Shown here: piece by piece, positions 25,073-38,551 of the stretch
Numbering within the stretch: the stretch's first letter is position 1
Layout of the letters: every line of letters starts with the position of its first letter
Origin: Monocercomonoides exilis PA203
Taxonomy: Eukaryota > Protista > Preaxostyla
DNA: 64,000 bases
Direction of reading: 5' to 3'
NCBI GenBank assembly: GCA_001643675.2
Contig: LSRY02000009.1
Coordinates: 1,550,001 to 1,614,000, forward strand
Notes under the pieces: model-generated
The model's database searches: none
Seen by the model: only the letters and a program-made list of their open reading frames with translations
What the model was told of the DNA's origin: nothing
Position numbers and translations under genes: made by a program

Positions 25073-27782
25073 GTGATGAAGATGAAATGACGCTTGAAAT
25101 GTTTCCTGCTGAGTGAATGTTTGTGAATGAGCCATATTCAATAGAGATGATGTTGATGTTTGAATTGGATGAGTGAGTGCTTGTGAAGTGAGAAGAAGAA
25201 GAAGAAGAAGGAGAAGTTGGAAAATGAGGTGATGGTGATGACGACGACGACGATGATGATGATGAATTTAATGAAGAAGCAGCAGCAGCAGAAGAAGAAG
25301 AAGAATGCAAAGAAGAAGAAGATATATGTTTCAATAAATCTTCATCTTGCACAAAAGCAACCAAAAAAGAACAATCAGAAAGTTTGAAATCCCTCACAGT
25401 CAACTTAATCGCATTGAATTGCCCTCCATTTATCTTCAAAACAGACACAAAATATTCACTTTCTGCTTCAGAATTTGACATCTTTGCACCACAAATCGTC
25501 ACATTCACCAATTCCACCGTGCTTTCCTGGCTCTTCATCAGCAAAAGAGAGGCATGTGGGTGTGAATTATGCACAAACGTTGTCTCATTCACTTTCAACA
25601 CCCCCTTTTCAACAGAAATAAACTGCTCCGCATTTTCTCTCAGCCCTTTCGTCGGCACAATCGAAACACCTTCTCCACACCCACAAACATCCACTTTTTT
25701 GTCCCCCACCACCACTTCTCCTGTTTCCAACTCCTCTCCTCCTCTCAGCTCATCCAGCACCCGCACCACAATCTGTGTGTCTGTGTCACTCGAATTCACA
25801 GCATGTGCCAGCGTCACACACGCATGTCCTGCATTCCACCCACAAATGTCTCCTGTCTCTTCATCTATCGCATCACTTGCTCCTCCTCCTCCTCCTCCAC
25901 TGATGTTTCTGTATCGCAATGGAAGCCATTCAGGCTTCGAATAAACAATGTTGTTCTGCCCGTTCTTCGTCTGATATGCCAGCCGGTTCGAAGACGTGCT
26001 GTTTGTGTAGCTCTCAAAAAACGGTGTTTTGTCGCCACACTTCGCATTGTCGTCCACAAGAAACACATCAACCCCTTTGACATTCCTTTCTCCTCCACTG
26101 CTTGCTTTTTCCAACGTGCTGTTCAGAAAGAGAAGATACTTGAACATCACAATGGCTGCTGCTTCTCCTTCTGTTGATGATGTTGTTGCATGTGATGATG
26201 AGAAAGAGGAAAATGATGATTTTGATGATTTTGATGTCATCCCCATCTCCTGAGGAATTGTCAGCCATATTCCTGCCCCTTGCCACAGAGCAGAACAATC
26301 TCTGAACTCAGCTGCTCGCACACGGAAGAAAGGGCATATGCCCATCGCATGGATTGTCCCGCCTTCCAGTCGGGTTGCTCGTGATGGAGTGAAAGAGGAA
26401 GAGGAAGAAGAGGAAGAAGAAATCAAAGAAGAAGCAGAAGAAGAAGCAGAAGAAGAAGCAGAACTGTCTCTTTGGAAGCATCGGATGTACTTTGTCTCGT
26501 CTATCTGTGCATACGACCAGCTCTCTGGCGGCTCGTCCTGGAACAGCAAAGAGCAGGATGAGTTGCCTGTGACTGTGGAAAGATACACTGCAGACCCAAT
26601 CTCCGCGCTGCAGCTGGTGAAAACACACCCTTCGAACTGCAGGCAGTCTGCTGTCACAACCGCAACAGCCCCGCCGAAGCTTGCTGAGCACTCCACGAAC
26701 TGCGAGCCGATGATGACTGGAGTTAAAATCAGTTCCACACACACTGCCCCTCCCGTCCCTTCTGGTGCGGTGCAGCGGTCGAACAGGCAGTCCCGCACTT
26801 CCACGTTGTAGTGAGGCCCCAGAGAGAGATAGATGGCACCACCAGACGCGCCAGTGCAGCTGTGCCATTCACACGATGTGAAGGTGAATGTCTCGTTCAG
26901 CTGGCTCTGGATTCGATCCATGGAAGAGTTGTCGTGATACGCTTCGTTCGAAAATGAATTGCGATTGCATGCTGTAAAAGACGTATTGAACGCTGAAAGC
27001 GAAGAAAATCCCGAATTTATGTCTCCTGCGACTCCCCCATAAATCACATCCGACACACTCTCGAATCTGCTCCCACTAATAATCGTCTTCCACAACTCAT
27101 TCCCCCATTCTCTTCTTCCGAGCCCCTCTCCGTTCCCTGCTCTCCTGCTCATGTTCCGCATCTCGCATAAATCCACCTTCCACTCCCCTCTCCTCAAATC
27201 TCCCAAAAACGGACCACTACACAGTTCCATGCACTCAAACGAGCTCTGCTCAACACGCACTCTCCCAACATTCAACCCTCCATTTTCCTCCTCGCAATCT
27301 TGTACGAGCGGCCAGACTGCGCAGTTTGGATGCCTTGTTATTAAAGAAAAATTGTTTAGTATGATTAAACCATCTTTTAATTGGAGTTGGCTTTTTTCGA
27401 TAAATTTAAAAAGACATAATGAAGAAGTTTTCATATATAGGAAAGATCCATCTTTAACAATTACTGTGTTTTCATTGTCGACGAATACCAATTCAGCATA
27501 TCCAATAATGAGCGAAGAATTTGATACAGTAAAATTTGTATTAATTTCTGTTTTTGTGCAAGAACTATAAAAATTATCTATTCCTTTGGTAAATTTTGAA
27601 TGTATTGTTGCGCGTTTGTTTTTCGTAGTATTAAAGAAATTAAGATCTTCATGGCCAAAAAGCAACGTTTTCTTTTCTATTTTTGCTCTGTCCTGAATGA
27701 AATCGTCCAAGCTGTTGGAAAGTTCTCCAAAATTTGTAAAACACAATAAGGAACCGATGAAAATAAAACTCGCTGAAATCAT
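16833..27782 (-). CDS. Giant (3649 aa) type I membrane protein with beta-helix repeats, poly-Ser tracts and a charged cytoplasmic tail
   Basis: N-terminal hydrophobic signal-like peptide; many GGAI/GGVM/FxxN and CG..xxC motifs; TM segment WSVIALIAVGFVCLVVIVVLIVLSV near 18380-18450; uninterrupted 11 kb ORF; paralogous to 9584-15787. Confidence 0.8.
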
Positions 27783-28123
27783 AAGTGCTTTCAGAAATAA
27801 TCAGCAATTTGTAAAAGAAACGTTGTTTTCATCGATAATGGGTATGAACACTTCAGTAAATTATTATTTGCAAACGAGATTAATTGCGTTGACTATATAT
27901 TTCCAACAGATTATATAACTTTATCCTTTTCAACTTCGATATTTTTTCTCAGTTTTTCCATTAAAATATATTTTGAAAAAATCTTTTTCAAAAAAATAAA
28001 TTGAAGAATTATCAGATTCAATTCAATGTTTCGTAAATGAAATGGCGAGAAAGAAGCCTTCAACACTGAAAAATTGATGAATCTTTCATAATACTTCAAC
28101 TCTACTCATTTGTTTTCTTTTCT

Positions 28124-29179
28124 TTAGTTGCTCTTCTTCAACCTGATAGCTCTATCCTCCATCTTTGAGATACGGATACCCTTGTTCTTTGGAATAGAGA
28201 TCCATGGCATAGCTCCTTTTCCAATCACAAACACGTAATTTTGACGTGTGGCAAATGAATTTCCACCCAAATCTTTGATGTGAACAATCTCGTGCGATCC
28301 AGGATGCTTCTCTTTTGTGGTTATCATTCCAATACGACCAGCGTTCCGACCACCAGTTGCCATGCAAATGTTTCCGACCTCAAACTTGATCCAATCTGAA
28401 ATCTTCTTTGTCTTCAAGTTGATACGAACTGTGTCATTAACCTTGATCTTTGGATCTGGGAAGCGGAAAGTGCGTCCATCGTGGGTAACGCAGTATGGAA
28501 TGCTTCTGAATCCAAGAGCAACGCGTTGTACTTTTCCAAGTTTGTACTATATTAATTTTATTTGTTGTATGTTGAAAGAATGATTGTTTGAAGTAATTTC
28601 GAAAAGAAAAAAGAATTTCAAACAGTTGCTTCCTCCGGGCGAATCCTGTGGAGAAGGAATCTTCCTTTCACATCATACAACAAACGGAAATGCTCGTTAG
28701 TTTTTGGAATTGAAATAACATCTGAAACAAGAAGAATTTTTAAAATGATGAAATATTCGTTTAAGAAATGAAACACATAAATAAGTACGCAACAAAAAGA
28801 AATTGCGATGCACACCTTGGAATCCAAGTGGGTATGTTGGATCTGTGCGAACAACACCATCAACCAAAACGTTTCTGTGATGCATAACCATTCCAGCTTC
28901 TCTTCCAGTAAGTGCATAGTGAAGACGATTTCTGAGCACAATAATTGCTGGGATGCATTCTCTTGATTTGTGTGGTCCGGGTGATGGTTTTGGTGCCTAT
29001 GATTAAAAACATTCAAGTCGCGAATTTTCCACAATTAAAAAATAATTGAAGAAGTTAATAAAAATTCAACAAAAATATTCCAAAATTCATGTGCGTACCC
29101 ATGTTCCACCAAGCTTGTTCAGCATCCAGTGACGTGGTGCGGCTAAACGTTTCAAGTGCTTCTTTGGTCCTCTCACCAT
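28124..29179 (-). CDS. RPS4: 40S ribosomal protein S4 (eS4), 4 exons
   Basis: Exons 29179-29099, 28996-28816, 28721-28624 and 28546-28124 join at GT-AG junctions into 260 aa: [15 protein letters not shown]...THDGRT...GGRNAGRIG... Confidence 0.97.
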
Positions 29180-29423
29180 TGTTGTATTTTGATCCAAAAT
29201 TTTCCCCTATTCATTAAAGTGCTTGTGCAATGGGTGTGATCATAAAATTTTTGTGTTTTAGATTGGCAAAATATAATTACAAAAACAAGTTGATGAAGAA
29301 TAAATATTGTACAAAATATTTGATTAACAAGAAGTTAAAATGAGAATTTGCTTCCTGTTAGTTTTTGGGAAATGTTAGTTATGAATTGATCTCAAAGAAC
29401 TTATAAATGAAAGATTATGAGAT

Positions 29424-30226
29424 TTACTTTCCTCCTTTCTTCTGACCTTTCTTATCTCCACCTTTCACTGCCTTCAAAAGCTTCTTCTCTTTCTTCTGCT
29501 TTCTCTCCTTCTTCACCTTTGGTTTCTTCTCCTTTTTAACTTTTGGCTTTCTCTTTGGAGCATCAATGGCAGCAACACGTTTTGAGTCTCCTGAAATCTT
29601 CAAAATCTGTCCACGTAATTGCTTTTTCTCTGTGGCAGCAGGATTGACAATAATACGTGAGCGATAAGCCTTTAATCTGTTAATATTCTCCAATCTTTCA
29701 GTTCTGCGACGATGATCAATTGAAATGCAAAAACGTTTTGCCATGACCTGTGAAATTTTTGCTTTCTATGAATATGAAGTGTGATTTGCATGAAATATTT
29801 TTCAAAAAAAAAGTTTTATCTCACAAATAATCAAATTCAAACTTTCAATTCAGCAAGGGAATATCCACGTCCCTCTCTAACTTTCATGTTGTAACGTTGA
29901 GTGGGGCAGTGAATAACTGGACGGAACTCTCCATCAAATGGACGTGGGAAAATCTTTCTTGCTTTCTTAAAACGATGGATTCTAAAAAAAATTTTTTATT
30001 TATAAATAATTGTCGTTGAATGAAATGTGCGAAAAAACGAGGGGGAAATAAATATTATTCACATTAACTTTTTAATAAGATAACATTTAAAATAGAAAGC
30101 ATACCTACGGCGCAATTTCTTTCCAGCTTGGTCAAAATATGTTCTCACCAAACCCTTCTGGGAAGTGTTCTGATTCCAATGTTTGCGCAAATGTACGCTT
30201 TGAATAACGTTATTCTTTGAGACCAT
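29424..30226 (-). CDS. RPL13: 60S ribosomal protein L13 (eL13), 3 exons
   Basis: Exons 30226-30105, 29981-29843 and 29765-29424 give 200 aa: [61 protein letters not shown]. Confidence 0.95.
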
Positions 30227-30852
30227 TGTAAACGGATCGCTTTCGGCAGACGAGAAACAAAAGTGTCCTGTTGAAGGGCCGTATTACGGCTTTTAATGAT
30301 CAGCAAAATTTTTATGGAAATATGGGTTGAAATTTTATTTGTTAATTTTTTGTTTGATATTTAGATGTATAAAAATATTCATATTATGATCATTAAAAAA
30401 GTTTTAAGAAAATTTTCAAATTCTTTTATACAATTTGAAAATTTGGAGATAAGAAAAGTAAAAGTACCAAAAATATTTCCAATTAAACTTTCCTTCAAAC
30501 AAATATGTGAAAAAATGAAAGAATCAAAAATAACTGAAATGAAGTATTGTAGTCTGTGTTCACTGTGTGCACTTGCTCAAGTGCATAAATTTGGTACGTT
30601 ACTGAATGGATTGATTCTGAAAAATTAAAGCACGCACAAAAAATAACGATTAATTTATAACATTATTCAATTTCGCATCAAAATGATAATAAATATATTA
30701 ATAAAATAAATAAATAAATAAAAATTGAATTAATTTTTGCATGCACCATTCTTTCTTTCCTTTCAACAATTATTTTAAAAATAAATTTAATTTCTCTCAT
30801 TTCTTCAGAATTTAGCTTTATTTTTTCTAATAAATTTTTTATAAATATTTTT

Positions 30853-31800
30853 TCATTTAAAAAATGTTGCACACTGAGAAAAAGCAAGTGCTGATCCTGT
30901 GTCATACGGATAGCCAGATCCAAAATATGAGCAGCCAGGAAAGCCAATTGGACCTAAAATTATTAAAAAATAGGAAGAAGAAACAAAAACGAAATGTCAT
31001 GGAGGATGTTTTTAGTTCAAAGCATACCTCCATATGAACCAAATGGAAACTCTGAGTTGAAAAAAGAATTAATTGAATTTGGAAAATATTTTTGGGGAGA
31101 AAAAAACCGAATTCGAAGAAAAAAATATTGAAGAATCATAAATTTGTAATTTATTTTCCACACTCAAACAAGGATTTCCGCTTCCCATGAATGCAGAATT
31201 ATCATTAAAAGCAGCAGATCCAAAGGTTCTCATTGCTGGTGTATATCCTTTTCAATAAAGGTCAGTAAAAAAGCATGTTGAATAGAAAAAGATGGAAGCT
31301 TAAATACCAACAGTGCACGCAGGAGAAAACCGAGATTGTGGTTGCCATGGGAAAATGTTTGACCTGGTTGGAAGGTTCATAGCTCTGTTGAAATATTTGG
31401 TATTGATATTTCGAATTTTTTTAAATTTTTTTTAAAATTCATCAAAAATAATTTCGATATAAAATTTCATTAAAACAAATAATAAAGAAAGAAAAATTAC
31501 AAATACGGTTTATTAATTAATTAATATAAAGCTAAAACGATTTCAAACAGAGTGTCGCATTCAAGATCTTCTTCAAATGAGCAAATCGGAGGCATTCCCT
31601 AAAATCTGCAGAAATAAACAGTGTATCAAAAACAATAATATCATACGCAATCTTCGTCAAGGCATTTAAGAACAAAAATTAACCGTAAAAGCGCAGAAAT
31701 CAACATTTGCATTTTTTGGAAACTGTAAACATTTGATCGCCAAATCCCACCAATTCTTCAAATTCCTGTAAAAATACAGTTATTTTTTTTCAATTCTATG
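30853..31800 (-). CDS. Multi-exon gene of unknown function (Gly/Phe/Tyr-rich C-terminus); 5' end not resolved
   Basis: GC-richer blocks bounded by AG/GT read ...PWQPQSRFSPACTV, GYTPAMRTFGSAAFNDNSAFMGSGNP, FPFGSYG and GPIGFPGCSYFGSGYPYDTGSALAFSQCATFFK-stop. Confidence 0.5.
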
Positions 31801-32073
31801 TTTCAATAAGCTCTCTTGCACTAATTACTGTAATATGGTATGGTAAAAGCTTTTTGTATTCAAAATATGATGCTAAAAAGAAAAGATCATTTCTCTTTTT
31901 TCACAATGTAGATGAAAGTTAAATACGAGAACAACTTTCATTATGGAAATGGCCAACTAGAAAAAACATACTTTCACATCTGTTTCAAATGAATATGGCA
32001 AATTGAACAATAATTAAAGAATTTGATCAAAAATGCCCCAGTATTTCTTTTTTCTTTTAAACATTTGAATTTT

Positions 32074-33391
32074 ATGGAAGAAGGAAAGATATTGAAAAGT
32101 CAGTTCGAAGGAAAGACATTTTACGAAGCATTGGACTTGAATAAGGATGCAACTGAAGCTGAAATTAGAAAAGCTTATTACAAAAAAGCTCTTCTTTGTC
32201 ATCCTGATAAAAACCCTGAAAATCAAGAAGTATTTTGTTTATTTTTGTTGTTAGAGCGTTTATTTTTGTTTCCTTTATTCCAAAATTTATCAAGCAAGCA
32301 AAAGTTGATTTTCAATATCTTTGTGTGTATTTTTGTGTAAAATTTTAATTCATTGAATGGTATTTTTATTTCGATTTGAGCAAAAATTTATGACACTCTT
32401 TCAAACAAAGAGAAGCGATTAATTTATGATGAAACTGGAAAAGTTTGTGATTCGAAAATTTCATTATATTTATTTTTCCAATCTATTTAAAAGGCTGTTC
32501 ATTCAGACATTGATGACCTTCCTCCCCATGAACAGCTTTCTTTAATACTAGAGCGTTTTAATGCTCACAAGCCAACCAAAGATGGCATGCAATTTTTCAT
32601 CATGCAATAATGCGAATTTTTCACTCATTTTCTACCGGTTTTTTTAACAGATTTTGAAGATTTCTTTGCTTCGCGAACATCTGGAAATGAAGAAGAATTG
32701 AAAGATTTGAAGGAAAATTATATCCGCTTTAAAGGAAACATGAAAAAGTTTGGAGCAAATTCGTTTTTCAAGCCTCGTTCATTGATTATTATTATTATTA
32801 TTATTATTATTATTGAAATTCGTGGTATGATCTTTTTTTCATATTCTATTTTTTATTTCAATTAGAGCGATTCAGTACATAATTGGATGTGAAAAAGAAG
32901 ATCTTCCAAGATTGTGTGCTCAGATAGAAGAATGGATAAAGGAAGGAGAAGTCAAAGAATACCCTGACTTTCGTAAGACAAAAGTTGGCTGCAATTGTTC
33001 AGGAAAATCAACCAAAAAAAATAAAAAATTAAAAAATGAAAAAAAATTGGAAGCTGATGCAAAAAAAGATCATGAGGAAGATGATGAAGAAGACGAAGGA
33101 AAAGAAGATCTTGGAGAGAAGGATAGCTCTGATGAAGATGAAGATGAGGAAGAAGAAGAAGATTTCGAAGAGCTTGATGATTTTATTGTGGATGACGATG
33201 AAAATGAGGAAGAAGAAGCTTGCAACGAAGAAAATGAAGAATCGACAAAAAAGGGAAAACTATCATCAAAAACTAATAAAAAAAATATTCAAACAAAATT
33301 TGGGGATACAAAGAAAAAAAGGCTGAGACAACGAGCAAAAATGATGAAAAAATCCAAAAAAACATCAAAGTTAACTCACAAGAAGCAATGA
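32074..33391 (+). CDS. DnaJ-domain protein, DNAJC9-like, intron-containing
   Basis: J-domain FYEALDLNKDATEAEIRKAYYKKALLCHPDKN. Later exons read EELKDLKENYIRFKGNM and EKEDLPRLCAQIEEWIKEGEVKEYPDF, as in DNAJC9 proteins. Acidic tail. Confidence 0.8.
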
Positions 33392-35099
33392 ATTTTTTCT
33401 TCTTATTAACCAATACTTGTCTTTTGAAAAGATACAAAGATTTTTCTATAAAATCAGGTTTAACATTGTTTAAGTCATTGTTTTTCTATTTATTTTCAAA
33501 TAATATATGGGATAAAATTTTTGCAGTTATGAAAAAAACTGTGGTTTGTTCCAAACTTTGACTGCAATAATATCATAACAAATTTTTCATTACAATGCAA
33601 AATAAATGCAGAAAATTCTAAAATTGAGAATAATATTTGAAAGTATTGTGCGGAACAGAATTCGTAAAGATAAATATTTTGACCCATATCATTATTAAAT
33701 CAAAAAATATTCTATTTTGTGAATAGAACCACTTTTATTTATTCAATTAATAAAATAGATTTGATAAATTTGAATTTTATAAAATTTTTTTGAATTGACT
33801 GAATCAATTTCGAATTGATCCAATCTTATCTGAAATCAAAATAAACATTTTCTGTGGCGTATTTTATCAAACAAGTTTCGTATTCGATCTGTGTTTTGTT
33901 CATTAATTTTTCATTTTTATCAGCATAATGATATGGGTGATTTTTTTTGATATCATAAAAAATGATCAAAAATCGAAAAAATAAAATCTATTGTGGCATG
34001 TGTTGATCAATGAAAAAATTTGGTTTTTTTGAAAGTCCATAGCTTTTGAAACTGTGATTTATATGTGTTTTATTTATTAATTGAAAAAATCATACCTTTT
34101 TTCGTCTTTAAGAGAAAAGAATATTTATTATCAAGTTTCCCTGAAAAATGGGTGATTCTTTTTGAAAAGTCACAAATGTTTAATTTTCAAATATATCAAA
34201 TAAGCCTGGGTGACTGACTGACTTTGACTTGATAAAAAGTGAAATTTGACTGACGCGATGGAAAAAAATCCCGTCACTAAAATTATATACATTATTTGCT
34301 ATATTTATAATTTCAGAATAATTTCAATTAACTTGATAATATTAAATAAATATTTTTTTAAAAAACGATAGGTTGAAGTTTTCGAAAATATAACTGTTGA
34401 TTATTTAATTAAGGGGAACTGACAGAACTGACGAAGGTGGATAATTTTGATCAAAAAACGTCAATGGAGTCAGTGGCAGGCAGTGGCACCAAAAAATGTT
34501 CAATGGGTGAAGAAAGAATTAAACTGAAAGAAGAATATAAAAACAGCCTGTTTGATATCTTCATCGTTTGATCTTTTTTTTATTCTGACAAATAACAAAT
34601 GACATATTTCAAAACAGACACATTTGAAAAAGTTGTCTGAATTGAAAAAAGTGCACTTCCAATTTGTTTGTCTTGAAAAATGTGAAAACTCAAAATATGT
34701 TTCAGATTTCTTTTGAAATGCAGCTTTTCTGAAGTTGTCGAAGAAGATACAGAAATATTTATTTCGCTTTTTCTTTATTTGGAGATCTGCAAATCGTATC
34801 TTCTGAGCTGTGTCTTGCGTTAAAAACTACACCTTGCAACAAAGCTTGCTGAGAAAGAACCTCTTCGAAAATATTATCCTGAAATAAAAAAGATATTTTT
34901 AATGTCTGCAATCGTTGGAAGCACTACTGCAAGTGTGTTTCTTTTTTTGCAATCCACTTTTTCGTGTATTCATATTTGTAATATTTGTTAATCTGAATAA
35001 ATGAAGAAAACAACGTTTATTTCTATTCTGGTTTCTTTTTTTAAAGATCATGAACATAGCAGTTCACAGTAGTCTCTGATGAAGAGCGTTTTGGAGCAG

Positions 35100-36340
35100 C
35101 GGTTGATTGTGGATGGAGGTGTTATGTGCACCTCCAATATGGAGCTTTCTGCGATGTTTTCAGATCCCCCTGTCACACAGCTACATTTGCTTTCATTATC
35201 GATAAGCAAGAATTTTGGAATCAGATATTAATCCGAAGTGAACTCAATTCCATTGATCTTCTGATGAATTTAACAGATCGTTGCTGCATTCTTCGATTGT
35301 CTCAGTTTTAAATATTTGGTGGTGAAGATTCAAGGCTAAGTTATGGGGCGAGTTGTTGCATTGTGTGAAGTGGGGAAGATTGTGGAGAAGGAGCTGTTGG
35401 TAGCGGGGCTGAGGATGGAGGAAGTGGTTCTGTAGCCAGCAGAAATTGCGCTGGTTGCTCTGGAGGAGCGGGAAGAGGCGGAGGAAGGAGAAAAGGGATA
35501 CAAAGAGGGAGAAGAAAAGGGAGAAGAAGATGGAGGGAGAGAGCGAGGTGATGGAAATGAGGAGAAAGGCGGGTATCCGACAGCACACGGAGAGTTTGTG
35601 GAGAGAATCAAAGAGAACCAGGGAAAGCTGGAAGAAGCGATGGTGCAGCTGGTTGTGGAGGCACAAGGGCTGAGTCGGCTGAGGTTTGTGAAGGCGGAGG
35701 CTGAGGATGAGGCAGGTGCAAGCAGCATTCGATGAAACATGAAGTGTAAAGTGTTTTTTCGGTAGATGGCATCCAACAGGAGAACAGGAGAGCAGAAGAA
35801 GAAGCAGCAGATGGAACTTTGGGCATAACTTCAGATGGAAGCGAAGAAAATGTGGGGAAAGATGTGGAGCAGGTGGAAATTTCAACAAATGATTTGGCAA
35901 CAAATGAGGAGTCAGTGAGAGAGGGTAGTTCGATGGATTTGGAGAAGGAAGAGGAAGAGAAAGAGGAAGAGGAAGAGGAAGAAGTGATAGAAGGACGAGG
36001 AAGAAGAGGAATAAGTTAAGGGGTGTATTTTGGATATTTAATCGCTGCATGAAAGGTTTGAGAGGATGATCGATGAGAATTCGCATGGGAGCTTGCGGGA
36101 CTATCTGGCTACGATGACGGTGACGGGGGTGCTGGTGGAGCTGTGTGCCAAGCAGGAGCGGATTGTGGAGAAGCCTGTTGTGGAAGGGATGATCCAGTCA
36201 GACGTGACGATGATCATCAAGTTTATTGGGGAGAAGCGGTTTGGGAGGATAGAGAAGAAAAGAGAAGGGGGTGGTGGTGGGGGAGGATGTTTGGCATCGG
36301 ATGGTGCATAGCTGCATTTGGAAAACAGATCCAGCAATAA
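35100..36340 (-). pseudogene. Fragmented host-like gene inside the hAT-like element, paralogous to the 59.6-62.5 kb gene
   Basis: SSRSSRATSAISAGYRTTSSIL here vs SSRSSRTSGAIADGYRTTSYVI near 61 kb, with matching nucleotide blocks; broken reading frames. Confidence 0.55.
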
Positions 36341-38443
36341 TCGATGTAATTAAAAGATGAGAAGACGGAAACCAAAGTGAGAATGAAATGAATGAACTTG
36401 ATATAAAGTTAAGTTCAACAAAAAGGAATCAAATATTTTTTGCAAGATGAAAACATTAACGGATTGGACAAAGTTGAAAATACATATGGATTTAATTATT
36501 GTTTTTTTTGAAATCCTTATTTGAAAAAGAATGACAATTGTTCAAGTTATGCTTTTCAAAATAACTTTTTTTTGTATATTTGTTTTCAATTCCTTGTTTC
36601 AATCTCATTTTCAATTTTCATCTCCATTTTTAAAAAAACAAATATGAGAATGTTATAGTTCTTTTGCAAAAGGAAAACAAATGGAATATCAAAGACTTTC
36701 GTTTCCAAATTGAAAATATTGTATTGACAAGACTTGATTTGGAAAAAATGAAAATAATCAACATCAAAAAAAATATATGAATTATTATCATAATATTTGC
36801 ACAATTTAAAATCAATCTTCTGTACCAATCAATAATCTTTTTTTCTTCTTATCTCTGCTGTCTTTTTATCCTTTCACAAATCAAACTTTCAACTCAAATT
36901 TCATGTTCAAATATTTACTTCTTTTCTTTCAATAATTAATCTCTTCAATTCTCTCAACCTTATTCCCATTCATCATGCTCTCTTCATTCTCTAAACTGTC
37001 TTCATTCTCTTTATTCTCTTTATTTTCTTTTCAATTTTCTTCTCGTTTCTGTTCCTGTTTCATTTCTTCAAGTATCTCTTTCTTCGTTTCTCCAACAATC
37101 TCTTGTGAAGACGCAAAATATGAAGAAATTCAATCAAATGGCGTAAATGAAGAAGAAGAAGGAGAAGAAGAAGAAGAAGAAGAAGAAGAAATTGTGCGAT
37201 ATGAAATGACATCTATACATCGGAAGAAGAAGATGATGATGCATGAATTGCACAAGATGATTGGCTGCTGAAAAATGTGAATGCGAATGCTAATAAACAA
37301 AAACCAAAATTTTTTCAGAATTAATCTTTTCCTTCTTTCTTCTTCCATTTTCGTATCTTTTTCTGCCAAATTAGATCCTCCAAATCCTTCAAACATTCAG
37401 CTCTATCATCCCCACTCTCCAACAAAAAATTGGAAACCTATGTAAATCTCATTTTCATTCCATTTCTTTTTATTTTTCTCTTCCCCTTCTTTCATAAAAA
37501 AAATCATCTTTCCTCAAAAATAATTCTTCACCAAAGTACAATGCAAGCCATCTTCGATTTATCTTGAAATTCATCAATATTCATTTCATTTTCTTCCTTG
37601 CTTTTTTTCTTCTTCAAATCCATCTAACCCTTCGCTTTTTAAGTTAGATGAATGAAAAAAAAATTATAATCACTTCTGAAAAAGAAACAACAAACCTTCA
37701 GGGCTTCGCTTAAATCAATATCCATATTTTATTCCGTTTGAACTTGTTTTCTTATAAAAAAATACATTATTCGTAACTTATATAAACCGTTTCAACAACT
37801 TATTCGCTAATCATCTCACCAAATATTTTCATTCTGCACAGTTTCCATTTAAATTCGCTTTTCTTGTTGAATATTCAGCCAAGAAAGAAATGCCCAGCTT
37901 TTTCTCATTTTCGACTATTTCAATCAATGTACTGAAAAAAGCATAAAACCTGTCAATAAACAAATATAAAATTATGTGAATCGAACAACTTTCACAAAAT
38001 GAAAACTTTAACTTGTTAAAAAAAATATTTATTGGCATAAATATCATTAGTATTATGGTCCAAATTTGTGAAATATTGAAAAACGATAAAATTTAGAAAA
38101 CATCATTAAAAACAGTTGAATTAATTTTTTTATGTTCAATTTTCATTTTTTTATTTTCTTTAGGAAAGAAAATCGAATATCAATTCCTTCTCTTATAATT
38201 GAGAACCACGATCTATGGGTAGTCGCCCGTGAGGATCAAGGTTGTGAAATGGTGGAAAATTCTGAAATGCAATCGACAATTTCACAACAACTTAGCCATA
38301 AACCAACAATTGGATAAAAAACGAGCTAACCAACTGAACAAGCGTTATCACATACTTTATTAACGCTAAGAAAAGGAATAAACAAGAACACCATAACTCG
38401 AAACACTTATTTACATGGGTGGGAGTGAAACGGTGGTGGGCCA

Positions 38444-38546
38444 AAGAGAAGGAATTGATATTCGATTTTCTTTCCTAATAAAAGTGCATAAGCACCTTTA
38501 TTGTCAAGAAAATCTTCAATCAATTCCTTCTCTTATAATTGAGAAC
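38444..38546. repeat. DIRS internal complementary region (ICR)
   Basis: The first part is the reverse complement of the left terminus (38160-38194), the second part is the reverse complement of the right terminus, and the two overlap at TAA. Confidence 0.92.
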
Positions 38547-38551
38547 ACAAG

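Noticed and set aside
17113-27570. Many plus-strand Glu/Lys-rich ORFs
   Set aside because: Antisense shadows of the poly-Ser-rich 3649 aa gene.
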